This document shows, one piece after another, positions 1 to 10,700 of a stretch of DNA of 64,000 nucleotides. Source of the DNA: a virus (lineage: Duplodnaviria; Caudoviricetes). The notes below the pieces were generated by a model, which was not told the origin of the DNA, ran no database searches, and was given only the letters and a program-made list of their open reading frames with translations. The DNA lies in the IMG/VR virus record IMGVR_UViG_3300021387_000072, positions 1 to 64,000 of that record, one strand, 5' to 3'. Made by a program: the position numbers and the translations under genes. Numbering within the stretch: position 1 is the first letter of the stretch; each line of letters opens with the position of its first letter.

Positions 1-12
1 GTTTTCAGCAAG

Positions 13-56
13 TGGGGTTTAGAGGACTCGAACCTCCGACCTTTACGATGTCAACG
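13..56 (-). pseudogene. 3' half of tRNA-Val(GAC); candidate att core
   Basis: Minus strand CG-TTGACAT-CGTAA-AGGTC-GGAGG-TTCGAGT-CCTCT-AAACCCC-A gives anticodon loop, T arm and acceptor 3' strand; no D arm or 5' acceptor strand upstream. Confidence 0.75.
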
Positions 57-137
57 CGTCGGCAGATATTTACGCAAGTCTACATGATATGCGGGTTTGC
101 TTAAGTACCTGTTAATTACTGCGATTTGTGATGGAAT

Positions 138-178
138 AAAAATGGGGAGAAGACTCACAATCTTCTCCCCATTTTTTT
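138..178. terminator. Bidirectional intrinsic terminator ending the late operon
   Basis: AAAAATGGGGAGAAGA-loop-TCTTCTCCCCATTTTTTT at the holin stop. Confidence 0.85.
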
Positions 179-689
179 ACTCTTCTACAAAATATCCGGA
201 TGCAGGATCAGGCATAGGTGCTACATCTTCAACCGGTTCTTCAGGATCACATGCCGGGTCAATCATTGGAGCTACGTCATCAACAGGTGGTTCCGGGAAA
301 CATGCCGGTTCAATCATGGGAGCTGGCTCTTCAACAGGCGTTTCCATCGCACGAGCCGGTTCTTCTTCTTTGTCCTTGATGCCGACAGCAATCTGAGTCA
401 GATCAAGACTCTGCCATGCTGCCTTGATAGCATCAATGACAACCGTACTTTCGATATTCCAGCCGTCAAGCTTCAGAGATTCAAGAGCATACTTCATCTT
501 ATCTTCTCCACGGAAACGACCGAAGACAGCTTCTGCTGCATTCACTGCAACAGCCGCTGCTTCAGACAGACCTTTCCGTTCAAGGAACGGCTTAACGTTG
601 TGATCGAATACACGTTTGAAAATAATGCTGATGATTGTAACGAGTACGCTGAGTATAGCTGTCCAAGGAAACTCTCTAATAAATTCCAT
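177..689 (-). CDS. Holin (LL-H-like) with acidic Pro-rich repeat tail
   Basis: N-terminal TM helix, 'AAVAVNAAEAVF...GEDKMKYAL' pattern, last gene of tail module. Confidence 0.7.
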   Translation of the reverse strand: MEFIREFPWTAILSVLVTIISIIFKRVFDHNVKPFLERKGLSEAAAVAVNAAEAVFGRFRGEDKMKYALESLKLDGWNIESTVVIDAIKAAWQSLDLTQIAVGIKDKEEEPARAMETPVEEPAPMIEPACFPEPPVDDVAPMIDPACDPEEPVEDVAPMPDPASGYFVEE

Positions 690-705
690 AATAACACCTC
701 ATTCT

Positions 706-3700
706 TTATGTATCTGCAACTACTTCCGCAGTTACAGTTATTCTAAAAGTATTTTGTCTGTTAATATAAGTCTGATTAAGATTTCCGCTTTTCTGACAAT
801 TGATCAATACGTTTAATGTAGCGTCAGTCGCAAGCCATTGTGTGCTGGTAAAAGAAAAACTATAGTTATTGTAAACACCAATGTCATCAATCAGATTAGA
901 ATCACCATAAATAGCACCGGCTATAGTGCATCTTATTACGCCACCTGGATCTGAAGTACCCGCCGGACTATTTAATAAAATAAAGCCTGGTTCACTTATT
1001 GTAATTGTATATTTTGCTCTGGTTTGTCCAGGTACAAGCGTTACAGATGCACCAGCTCCAGTCAAAGAATCCAAAGAATCATTGACTTCAAGTGTTTGTC
1101 TGTATTCATAATGGAAGAATTTGGTATAAGAAACTCTTGTTCCAATACCAGTAGGATCAACAACAGGTTCTTCTCCTCCACCACCAGAACCAGTTGGCTT
1201 AAGCCATATCATTCCAGTAGTAGGATTTTGTGGTTGATCACTTTGATACACTACACTCTTTGTTGATAATACAGGATAACCTTCATTGTATAATTGTCCC
1301 CATATATAACAGTTGTACATTACAGCGTTGTTTATATATGATTCTGTTGTTGTCATTCGTCCATTTTCATCAACATCAAAATATGGCGTATTAACTATAA
1401 ATTTACCCTCGGAAGAAATGTTTAAGTATCCATTGGATGTAATATCAATACCATCTTTATTGATATCAATCTTTTGTGTTTTAAATGGCTTATCAATGTT
1501 TGGATCCGAAACCAAAGCAAGAATACGATTCTTATCTTGTGAAACAAGAGAATAATCATTTCCGTCTGTTATAACATTTAAGCTGCCATACAATGTTTCT
1601 GAAAGCATATGCTTAGTTTTTGATGAAGTATTTGGATCTTCAAATACTTGTATAAATTCAGCTGCTGTTGATATAGTATGCTGTTCATTATTTTCATCTA
1701 CATATGTACCATAAATACCTTCTGCTGTCTGTTTAACCTCGGTGTATTTTTCTGTTATACCTTCTACATTTTCGACTCTGCTTTTGATTTCTTCTGCTGT
1801 AATGTTAAGCAACGCTCGCATGCTGCGCTCCTCCTCATAGGAACGCGCAGCTTCGAGCGATATACTCTCAGCATTCTGCCTGATCATAGTCTCATATGTC
1901 AAAAGCTTACCGTCGATAGTCTCAATCTTTTTGAAGGATGACTTAAGTGTCTGATCTGTTTCAGAGATCAAACCCTGTAGATAGTTAACATTGAAGTTAG
2001 CCAACAGCTTATTGGTAGCGTTGTCATATCTTGACATCTTGCCTTTCACTTCACTGGCAACATCAGCTATGTGAGTCATGACATCCGTAAACGAATGCTG
2101 TTCCAGAGTAGACAGCTTTGTGTTAACAGTGATAGTGGTAAGCCAAGGCTTGTCGTAGCATTTCTTTATCTTATCAACGTATGCCCAGCAGTTCAGATTA
2201 AGATCATCATCTACAAGATGGATAGCAGACGTGATGTTAAGATCAGGAAAGTCTATATCAGATGTAATCTCAGATGCTCCGAAATCTTTACTGCCCATGT
2301 TGGAAGAGTAAAGGTCAAGGAACTCTATGTTGTAGGTTACTTCAGGCTTGGCTATCTCACGGAGATTATCAAGAGCGTCAGTGTATAGACGTGATTCATC
2401 TCCGTCTACATAGCTTGCATCCTGCCACCAACCTTCTCTATGCATATGATTGAGAGCAGATGTCATTTGCCTTTCATAATCATCGGCAGCTTTCTGTGCT
2501 TTATTCTTCGCGTTATACTTTGTAATATATGTATCATCTGAAAGATCAAGGAAGTTTTGCATATTCTCAAGCAATCCAATGTATTGATTATCTTCTGGAT
2601 ATTCGTTAATCGGAAGTCTGAGATACGTCATATCTTCTACAACAATAGTATTTTTATAATCATATTTATAACGATTATTTAATGTTCCGTATACAGATAT
2701 GACAAGACCATCTATTCCGCTTTCCAGTATTCTCCACTGATACCTGCCAAGTTCTGCAATCCTTACGTAATAGCAGTTGCCAGGTGTTACGAACTGACTT
2801 AATGTTTTCTGATTTACTTCTTTTGGCTGAATTCTACCGCATGAAATCCATTGCTGTTTTGCATTATAGAAATGAACAACAAGATTTTCTATACACATAG
2901 AATAACCTATAGAAGACGTAATGTCATATATACAGCCAGGAACAACTGGGAAATATGTTCTGTTGTAAACACATTTGAAATATGTATTGCCATCAGGAGA
3001 AACACCTTCATCATTTTTCCATGTGTCACTTGCTTCACCAGTTGCAAAGTCAATCCAACCTTCAGCTGACAGTTTTTGTGTAATGATATTAGATGGATGA
3101 TAATAGACATTATCAAATGAATAAGACTTTGTTTTGATTGCTGTTTCAGTAGCTTTATGTTTAACGGTTATCCATCTCTTCTGACTATTGTATGTAATCG
3201 AATCATCGTATTGACTTTCAAGATTTACGTCTGTTGTAAAAAGACAAAATCCATCATAACCATCATCGAAATAATAGTTACCGGCTGGTATAACAAGGTT
3301 GGTGTCTTCATCGTTATTGATAGCTTTTGCAAACTTCTTAAGAGAGAATGTCCGTTTAAGGTATGTTCCTTGCCAATACATATCTCTCTGTTTACATATA
3401 TGATACACTGTACCGAATAATGACGCACCATTCTTATCTGACTCTTCGTCACAATCAACCCATTGATTATTAGAAGAATTGTATTTACATAATGTGTTTG
3501 CTCTCCAGTTGTACCAGTATGCATTCGGTATTTTTACAGTTGGCTTTTCGTCTGAATACAATACAAACTTCCAGATGTTGTCTGTATCATAAACATAATT
3601 GTAATAATAGAAACCGTAGCCATCTGTTTCCAGATACTCTGCCGCATCCGATGAAGGCATGTCTTCCTGTATAAGATCTGATCCAGAATATGTAGGAGCT

Positions 3701-6576
3701 TCTTCTTCAACAAGACCGCCAGAATCATTAGATGATTTTGCATATTCAATATACTCACTCGAAAGAACCATATGATTAAACACGATAAGATTATTATCTT
3801 TCATATATTCAATTGCTTCACTAAGTGAGTGTACGGTTTGAGATATAACCTCTGATTGAAGAACTGTTGCATCATCCCATCCATCAAGCGCTTGTATTAT
3901 AATTTTTTTATTATCACTAGTTTCTACTCTGTCTGATGTAGTACAATCTTGAAACTTCGTATCGAGATATTCATAAAAAGATTCAGGACTTAATACGGTT
4001 CCGTCTGGAAGAATAGGTGTAGCAACTACTGTAAAAGGATGCAATTCAGTTCCTATTCCACGAGCAGATGAATAAAGCGTTGCATAACTATCGTCGTTAA
4101 AATCAGTCCATCCAGCTAATTGCATTGCTGGAGCTGGTATCTTTTGTCTTGATCCAAGATCAACACGGCTCCATTGACTAGAATATGTAATGAGTTGCTC
4201 TAAAGTATATCCATCAACAAGGCATAACGTCTGCCATGCAGGCGATGCAACTTTATTAATCCATTCATCCGAAGACGAACTGAGCCTTAAGGATATTTCA
4301 TCAGAAGTCATTTCATATGTAGTATCTTCATCTGGATTGATAGGTGTGACCGGTACATCAGAAGAAGGAATACTTTTTTTATTGGTCAATGGATTATAAC
4401 ACCAAAGCCAATGATACATTGGGAAAGATACCTTTGTTTTTGAGTTTACAAGATTGCCACCTTGTCCACTTGGTATAACGACAGTAGATGGTGGATTGTC
4501 AGTGAAAACTGTTACATGCGGAACAGTAGCTATAGTTGTAGCATTCTCAAGAGATTCAATAGCAGCTTCATCCAACGCTTCGTTTGAACCGATGTAGCCA
4601 GAAAGACTATTCGACTGGAAGAGATAGAACTCATCGTTCTCGATATCAATAGTCTTCATTGCTTCTTCGTAACTTACCCATAACTGTATAGCTTTCGGAT
4701 TAACCTGATCATCGAATACAGCTTTTAGATAATACTTATCCCAAGATACCGGCTTCTTATCTGTGGCTTTATGAAAGATATACAACACGGAACAGCCAGC
4801 GTTTGTTGGATCACCATCGTTATTCAGACTGTATGTAGTAACCCATTTAAAATATGAATCATTTGTAACATCGTAGTCTGTTCTGTAGATAACACCACGA
4901 GGATATTGATACTGTATAGCAGTTGCTTTATCAGTGTTAATGCCATCATCTGGATGTGTGATCTCTCCATAATCAAGGAACAGCGTAAGATAATCACTGA
5001 TGGTCCAGTCAGCACGTTTGATCTTCAGTTTACAGAATGGAACTGTGCCGATAAGATCACTGAGCTTGGATCTTCCTTCACTCATTTCAGCAGAAGCTTT
5101 CTTTACTTTTTCATAGTACTGCTTTGCATTCCGCTGAAATGAAGCTACCTTCTGAAGCATATCATTATCGAACAAGCCGACACTGATATAGTAATCGAAG
5201 TCCATTATGTAGCTGAACATATTCTCAACCTCATAATCTACTTCAACTGTCGCATTATCCACAGTAAGATAACTACCATCAGCCGATAGCGGAAGCATTG
5301 CTGTGACTTCCGCTAATCGGCTGTCAATAGTAGCAATAACATCTTCGTCTTCATACTTGGCACGTTCTGCTATGAGATTTTTATATTCCCTATACAGATC
5401 AATATAGCTTTTGCTCTCATCATTATCTCTGTAATTCATATCAAAGAGAAGAGTACCGGACATACCTTGCTTTACAAAGAATGCTACTGATGGTTCTTCT
5501 ATATGTTCAGTATTGTATCCATTATCGCCTTCGATTTCGTATCCTTCACCTTTCTCCACCCAAACATAGCTCATGGATGCCGGATCCAGGAGAGAGTAAA
5601 TCATCTTCCTTCCAGCTGCTATATTCTCTGTTGGTGTGAAGACAAAATAAACCATTATGCCGTCCAAATCTTCTACCCTGAAGTAATACTGCTCCCCAGC
5701 GACAAGCTCGAAATTGACTTTAAAAGTGTACTCAGTATGTACACTTTCAGAGATGTCACAGTAACCCAGTGTCTTGTCACCGAACGACCCATAAGCATAT
5801 AACTTTGTTCTGATGTTCTCAGTATTCTGTGTACGGGTTATGGCTTTTACATTGGTTCCGTAATAAAGTTCGATAGTTCCATTCTCTTTGGCATAGTCTG
5901 GTATCTCACCTTCCTTAACGCCGTAGAATGGATTGATCGGATATATATCAACAACATGTCTGTTGGTTCTGAAGACAGGCTTTGCATCAAACAGTTCACA
6001 CATCATGGTGATAAGCTTAAAGCATCCCGTCTTGGAGGATGCTTTAAGCGTTCTGTATTTTTTTGAACCATCTTTATCCGCAAAAGGATATACATAGCCT
6101 CGCTTCCATTCAGTACCTTCAAGGATAGTATCAAGAAGCTGTTCACATGTACCGATGTTATTACCATCATTATCTGAAAACTCAAGGCCGAGGTTCTTAT
6201 TCTTAAGAAGCTGAGAAGCATTGCCAGCTATTACTGATATTGTTTTTGTATATGCGTTGTGAGATATCTTTGGCTCCGAGATAAGGAACCAGTCGATGGC
6301 ATCTTCCTTATTATCATATTCAGTATCATCTTCAATGCTTCTAATAAGGAAGTCAGCCTTAAGATAACTCACGATTATATTTTCTTTAGTGCCTTCATCG
6401 TACTGTACGATAGTCGGCAAGTCAAAAGACAATTCTCTCCAGCCGTTACGTTCAGTTGCAATAAAAACATTAGTGGCCTGACCGGGAATGTCTACATAAT
6501 TATCATAGATTGGACATAGCTTGTTACCGGAATAATCATATATGTCCAAATGTAATACTCGTTTTTTATCTGCCAT
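706..6576 (-). CDS. Tail tip / Tal-like baseplate hub protein with long extension (1956 aa)
   Basis: Follows Dit; prophage-tail-like N-terminus ('ELYYGTNVKAITRTQNTENIRTKLYAYG'); late coiled coil ('IRQNAESISLEA'). Confidence 0.75.
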   Translation of the reverse strand: MADKKRVLHLDIYDYSGNKLCPIYDNYVDIPGQATNVFIATERNGWRELSFDLPTIVQYDEGTKENIIVSYLKADFLIRSIEDDTEYDNKEDAIDWFLISEPKISHNAYTKTISVIAGNASQLLKNKNLGLEFSDNDGNNIGTCEQLLDTILEGTEWKRGYVYPFADKDGSKKYRTLKASSKTGCFKLITMMCELFDAKPVFRTNRHVVDIYPINPFYGVKEGEIPDYAKENGTIELYYGTNVKAITRTQNTENIRTKLYAYGSFGDKTLGYCDISESVHTEYTFKVNFELVAGEQYYFRVEDLDGIMVYFVFTPTENIAAGRKMIYSLLDPASMSYVWVEKGEGYEIEGDNGYNTEHIEEPSVAFFVKQGMSGTLLFDMNYRDNDESKSYIDLYREYKNLIAERAKYEDEDVIATIDSRLAEVTAMLPLSADGSYLTVDNATVEVDYEVENMFSYIMDFDYYISVGLFDNDMLQKVASFQRNAKQYYEKVKKASAEMSEGRSKLSDLIGTVPFCKLKIKRADWTISDYLTLFLDYGEITHPDDGINTDKATAIQYQYPRGVIYRTDYDVTNDSYFKWVTTYSLNNDGDPTNAGCSVLYIFHKATDKKPVSWDKYYLKAVFDDQVNPKAIQLWVSYEEAMKTIDIENDEFYLFQSNSLSGYIGSNEALDEAAIESLENATTIATVPHVTVFTDNPPSTVVIPSGQGGNLVNSKTKVSFPMYHWLWCYNPLTNKKSIPSSDVPVTPINPDEDTTYEMTSDEISLRLSSSSDEWINKVASPAWQTLCLVDGYTLEQLITYSSQWSRVDLGSRQKIPAPAMQLAGWTDFNDDSYATLYSSARGIGTELHPFTVVATPILPDGTVLSPESFYEYLDTKFQDCTTSDRVETSDNKKIIIQALDGWDDATVLQSEVISQTVHSLSEAIEYMKDNNLIVFNHMVLSSEYIEYAKSSNDSGGLVEEEAPTYSGSDLIQEDMPSSDAAEYLETDGYGFYYYNYVYDTDNIWKFVLYSDEKPTVKIPNAYWYNWRANTLCKYNSSNNQWVDCDEESDKNGASLFGTVYHICKQRDMYWQGTYLKRTFSLKKFAKAINNDEDTNLVIPAGNYYFDDGYDGFCLFTTDVNLESQYDDSITYNSQKRWITVKHKATETAIKTKSYSFDNVYYHPSNIITQKLSAEGWIDFATGEASDTWKNDEGVSPDGNTYFKCVYNRTYFPVVPGCIYDITSSIGYSMCIENLVVHFYNAKQQWISCGRIQPKEVNQKTLSQFVTPGNCYYVRIAELGRYQWRILESGIDGLVISVYGTLNNRYKYDYKNTIVVEDMTYLRLPINEYPEDNQYIGLLENMQNFLDLSDDTYITKYNAKNKAQKAADDYERQMTSALNHMHREGWWQDASYVDGDESRLYTDALDNLREIAKPEVTYNIEFLDLYSSNMGSKDFGASEITSDIDFPDLNITSAIHLVDDDLNLNCWAYVDKIKKCYDKPWLTTITVNTKLSTLEQHSFTDVMTHIADVASEVKGKMSRYDNATNKLLANFNVNYLQGLISETDQTLKSSFKKIETIDGKLLTYETMIRQNAESISLEAARSYEEERSMRALLNITAEEIKSRVENVEGITEKYTEVKQTAEGIYGTYVDENNEQHTISTAAEFIQVFEDPNTSSKTKHMLSETLYGSLNVITDGNDYSLVSQDKNRILALVSDPNIDKPFKTQKIDINKDGIDITSNGYLNISSEGKFIVNTPYFDVDENGRMTTTESYINNAVMYNCYIWGQLYNEGYPVLSTKSVVYQSDQPQNPTTGMIWLKPTGSGGGGEEPVVDPTGIGTRVSYTKFFHYEYRQTLEVNDSLDSLTGAGASVTLVPGQTRAKYTITISEPGFILLNSPAGTSDPGGVIRCTIAGAIYGDSNLIDDIGVYNNYSFSFTSTQWLATDATLNVLINCQKSGNLNQTYINRQNTFRITVTAEVVADT

Positions 6577-6589
6577 AATGTTTCCACCT

Positions 6590-7666
6590 TTACATAAACG
6601 TAGGCTTATAAATAAACTTCACCCATTTGATATCACTGTCCGGTGTAGTGATGATGGACATCTCATTCATTTTGACTATGTTTGTAAGAGCATAGTTTGT
6701 ATATGTGCATGGAGTCTCAAGCCTTGCTCTGTTGTCGTCAATAATCTCTACGATCTTTACCCACTTGTCTTCGATGTAGGCGTAATGCCCAAGCATGAAG
6801 TCACTGAACAGATGGAAGGAATAGATTTCATCAGAGCCAGCTCTTGTATCTACATATACATCGCGGTGAATAGGGAAGGAAGGTTCCAGCTTTATGAAGC
6901 CATGATCATGATATGTGAAGGCCAGCTTACTTGTTGTGCCGTCTGTAAGAACAGTCTTGAAGTTAATACTGTCACACATCACATACTTATCCTTCATATC
7001 TTCAGTTGTTGTGTCGAACACAACGAGCTTCATCTCTGTATTGTTTGTGTTGTTCTTTATCGTTACGCCATAACCTGCCTTACCGGCTATGGCTACAGCT
7101 ACATGTGCCGCACTGGAACCGCCGTTATACAGAAGGAAATTCTTTATATATTCCCCAGCCTGATTCAGCGTGTGTTCTTTTGTCGGTGTATATTCTTCTT
7201 CAAGAAGACCACTGTTACCGGCAAGATAATCATCGTAGAGACCATCGTATGTAAGATAGTCTTTATCACATCTGCCGAATGGATAATATGCTTTAAGATG
7301 AATGGTGATAAAACCATTCTGTTTGTTTACGATATTTGTTGTATCGATGTTTACAACCGTGGCAATATAGTAAAGCCAGTTGCGGTTATTAAATATAAGT
7401 TTACCTGTGCGGCCTGGGTAAAAGAAAGATTCTACACGGGAAAGTATACCAGCAATAATCTCAGACTCTTCATATAAACATCTCAGATGAAATTCTTTTG
7501 GTTGTATGGTGGTTCCATAATAGTAGCCGCCATGATGACCTTCGTAAGACTGTTCATTAGTCTGATAATTACTGTGACCATATACCCATGTTTCATTGTT
7601 CTGCGGAACATACTCAAGACCGAAGTCTGTAATCTCTGCTCCGCAGAAACTAAAGCCACCTTGCAT
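6590..7666 (-). CDS. Distal tail protein (Dit)
   Basis: Directly after TMP; 'GFSFCG..ITDFGL', 'GKLIFN', 'LKAYYPFG' pattern. Confidence 0.75.
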   Translation of the reverse strand: MQGGFSFCGAEITDFGLEYVPQNNETWVYGHSNYQTNEQSYEGHHGGYYYGTTIQPKEFHLRCLYEESEIIAGILSRVESFFYPGRTGKLIFNNRNWLYYIATVVNIDTTNIVNKQNGFITIHLKAYYPFGRCDKDYLTYDGLYDDYLAGNSGLLEEEYTPTKEHTLNQAGEYIKNFLLYNGGSSAAHVAVAIAGKAGYGVTIKNNTNNTEMKLVVFDTTTEDMKDKYVMCDSINFKTVLTDGTTSKLAFTYHDHGFIKLEPSFPIHRDVYVDTRAGSDEIYSFHLFSDFMLGHYAYIEDKWVKIVEIIDDNRARLETPCTYTNYALTNIVKMNEMSIITTPDSDIKWVKFIYKPTFM

Positions 7667-7684
7667 AGAATCACCTCGTTTAAT

Positions 7685-7732
7685 AAAAATAAAAGGAGTT
7701 CAGAGCCGCCGCACCAACGAGCGGCTCTGAAC
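7685..7732 (-). terminator. Terminator-like hairpin after TMP
   Basis: GTTCAGAGCCGC/GCGGCTCTGAAC stem followed by a T-rich run on the minus strand. Confidence 0.65.
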
Positions 7733-7740
7733 GACCGTTA

Positions 7741-10700
7741 TTAAAATCCGAATACAGGAACACCAAGTCCCTGTCTTGTAAGCTCTTTAACAAACTGTTC
7801 ACCAACATGACGGGCAACAGCTTCATAATCTGCTTCATCTTCAAATTTAGCTTCGTTAAGAGTAATGATAACGTCACCGATAGTTGAAGTAGTAGAGTTC
7901 TTAAAGTCAGACGGAGAGAAGTCAGAAAGCATGGAAGGCACCCGAACAAAATCAGAGTACGTATGCATGGCTTCAATAATGTTATCAAACATATTGCTGT
8001 GATACATCTGTTCAGCCGTATCAACGAGTTCTTCAAATGCAGCAGTCTGTTGCGCATTGAGAACACGTTCTTTCTCGTGAACATACAGAAGACCTTCCTG
8101 ATCACCAGTATATGTACCAGTGTCAGCTTTAACAGCTGTCTTAAGTATTCTGTTTTTAACTTCATTCATAACTATGTTTGCCACATTTGATGTCGGGGTT
8201 ATAGTTGGTGTTTTGTTCTTATTTCCATACACCAAATCTGTGATATCTACAACATCATCTTTTGCTTCATCAACAACAGGAGTAATGCTAGGACCGTTCT
8301 TATTATTTTTATTCTTGTTAGAACCTGAGTTGTTAGAACTTCCACCAGATCCACTTCCAGATCCAGAACCACCTTTGCCTCCGACATATTCAGTGCCATA
8401 CCAATCACCAGTATTTGGATCATCATGATACCAAGATGCATTTAAGATATTTGCATCTATCATAGCATCATACTGCTGACCCCACGTGTACAGTAATGAT
8501 TGTTGTTCAGTAGCTGATTTATTAATATAATCATCAGACTGTTTCATAAAATCAAGGAAAGATTCTTTTGTTGCAAGTATTTGATTGATCCAGTCCCAAT
8601 ACGTATCAGTCTGACCAGTCATTTGTTTCCATGTATCATTCCAAGACTGAACCATCTGTTCTTGTGCTTTTGCCAAGCTATTCTTAAATTCATCGACGTT
8701 ATTCTGAAGCCATGCGAAAAGCTGATCGTGGTTCATACCCATAATCTCAGTCATCTCAGATGTGAAGTTATTGGCATCCTCAAGGAACGTAGCAAGCTGT
8801 TCATCACCAGCAGTCACGTAATCATCATAGGCTTTTGTCTGATCATCGATTGAAGCCTTCTGCGCATCTGCCTGTTTCTCAGCAATGTCCCAGCCAATAT
8901 CTTTTTCAATATCAGAGATCTTCTTGCGCATCTCAGCAGCATCCTTGGTACGAGTGCTGTCCATTTCGATAAGCGCAAGCTGCTTCTTGAGTTCAGCAAG
9001 CTCTTCATATTTCTCAGCTTCATCTTCAGCATCTTTGCGCATCTGAAGACGTTCATCAATCAGAGACTTCTCTTCTTCAAGAGCCTGTTTCTTCTTATCT
9101 ATATCTTTCTTTACAAGCTCCCATTCCTTCGTATATCTATCACGTATAGCTTGAAGAATGGTATCCTGCATAGATACTGTACCAGCCAGCATATCTCTCT
9201 GTTTCTGAATACGATTCTGAATTTCCTGTGCAAGCATATCTTCAAGAGTAATCCTTGTCTGCCTGATGGCTTCCTGATTCTCTTCAAGCTTCTTCTGGTT
9301 TTCTTCAATCGTATTGTTGAGTTCAGACATCTCTTCTTCCGCAGCAAGGAGTGCATCACGAAGATCGTACCAGTCATCTGAACCAGACTTTGTAGCCGCC
9401 ATCTGATCTTTAATCTTTTGTATGTTTGTTTCAAGAACAGGCTGATATGCTTGTTCAAGTTTAATCTCTTCTTCAAGCATCTTCCCGTAGTTGGAAAGTT
9501 CACCTTTGTTCTGATATTTTGTTTCTTCGTACTGAACCATCTTAATCTGATGCTCATACAAACTCTTACCGTGTTTGATACGCTTAAGAAGTTTCTGTGC
9601 GTCAGTTTCGGAGTTACCTCCTCCACCACCGCCACCAGATGCTTTTCTGCCAGTACCGCCACCAGCAAAACCTGTCTTTGAAGTATTAAGTTTTGCTGTA
9701 AGCTTTCCGTTTACTTCGCTTATATCCCAGTATGCTTCAACGCCAGCAGCCTGCATCATTTGAATCATAGCAGCAACGTCTTCGTTAATGAAAGCTCCGA
9801 GTTGAGAAAGAACCTCTTCAGAACTCATAGTAACTGTGCCACCAGAAACATAGACTTCAGGCCCGATTATTTCAATAGCACCTTGAGCATTAACTGCATC
9901 TTGAATGTCACTAGTAAATGTATCAATGTAATCGTTGATCATATCGAGATCGCCTTCTTCGGCTCTCTGTAAAGCTTCTTCGATTACATCTGCCTTGCTC
10001 TTATCCGTTAAATCTTTTTTATCGAAACCAGTCATTTCGGAAATCTTATCAAGAACATCGTTGTTCCGATTTCCTTTGCGATACTGTGATCTCCAATACT
10101 GATTATCATTTGCCTGCGCCATTGTCTTGTTCATGTTGGACATGAAGCTAGTTACATCTTTTGCTCTGCCTTTCAACGTATTGAAATTAGAAGCAACTTC
10201 TTCAGCATTGTCTGCATACCTATGAACATCTGAACTATGTTTTTTATCAAAGCCATTATTTACTTTAGACATGACATCAGCAAATTCTTCACCAGTTGTA
10301 GTACCATCCTTGAAGGCAGAGATTAAATCTTCCATACCTTCAACTCCGGTAGCTTGAAGCTCACTATCAACATCAAAGCCTTGAGCAAGCATGTTTTGAT
10401 ATACGCTTCTTGCACTGTTGAGATCAAGTGATGACGCATCGCCAGTCCAATCTGCTCCACCAAAAAGCTTAGACATCAAAGATTCGCCGTACTCAGTTGT
10501 ACGTCCGCTAATACCGTACTGTTTTCCACGGAGATATTCATCGTACATTGGATCTGTAATAATGCCACTGTTGCGTGCTTCAGTAAAAGCTACATATTCG
10601 GAATCACTGATAATATTATTGAACTGTTCATCTGTATACTGATTATCCTCAAGCCAGCCAGTAACATCATCTTTATTATTGAGATCAATACCGCTCTTAG

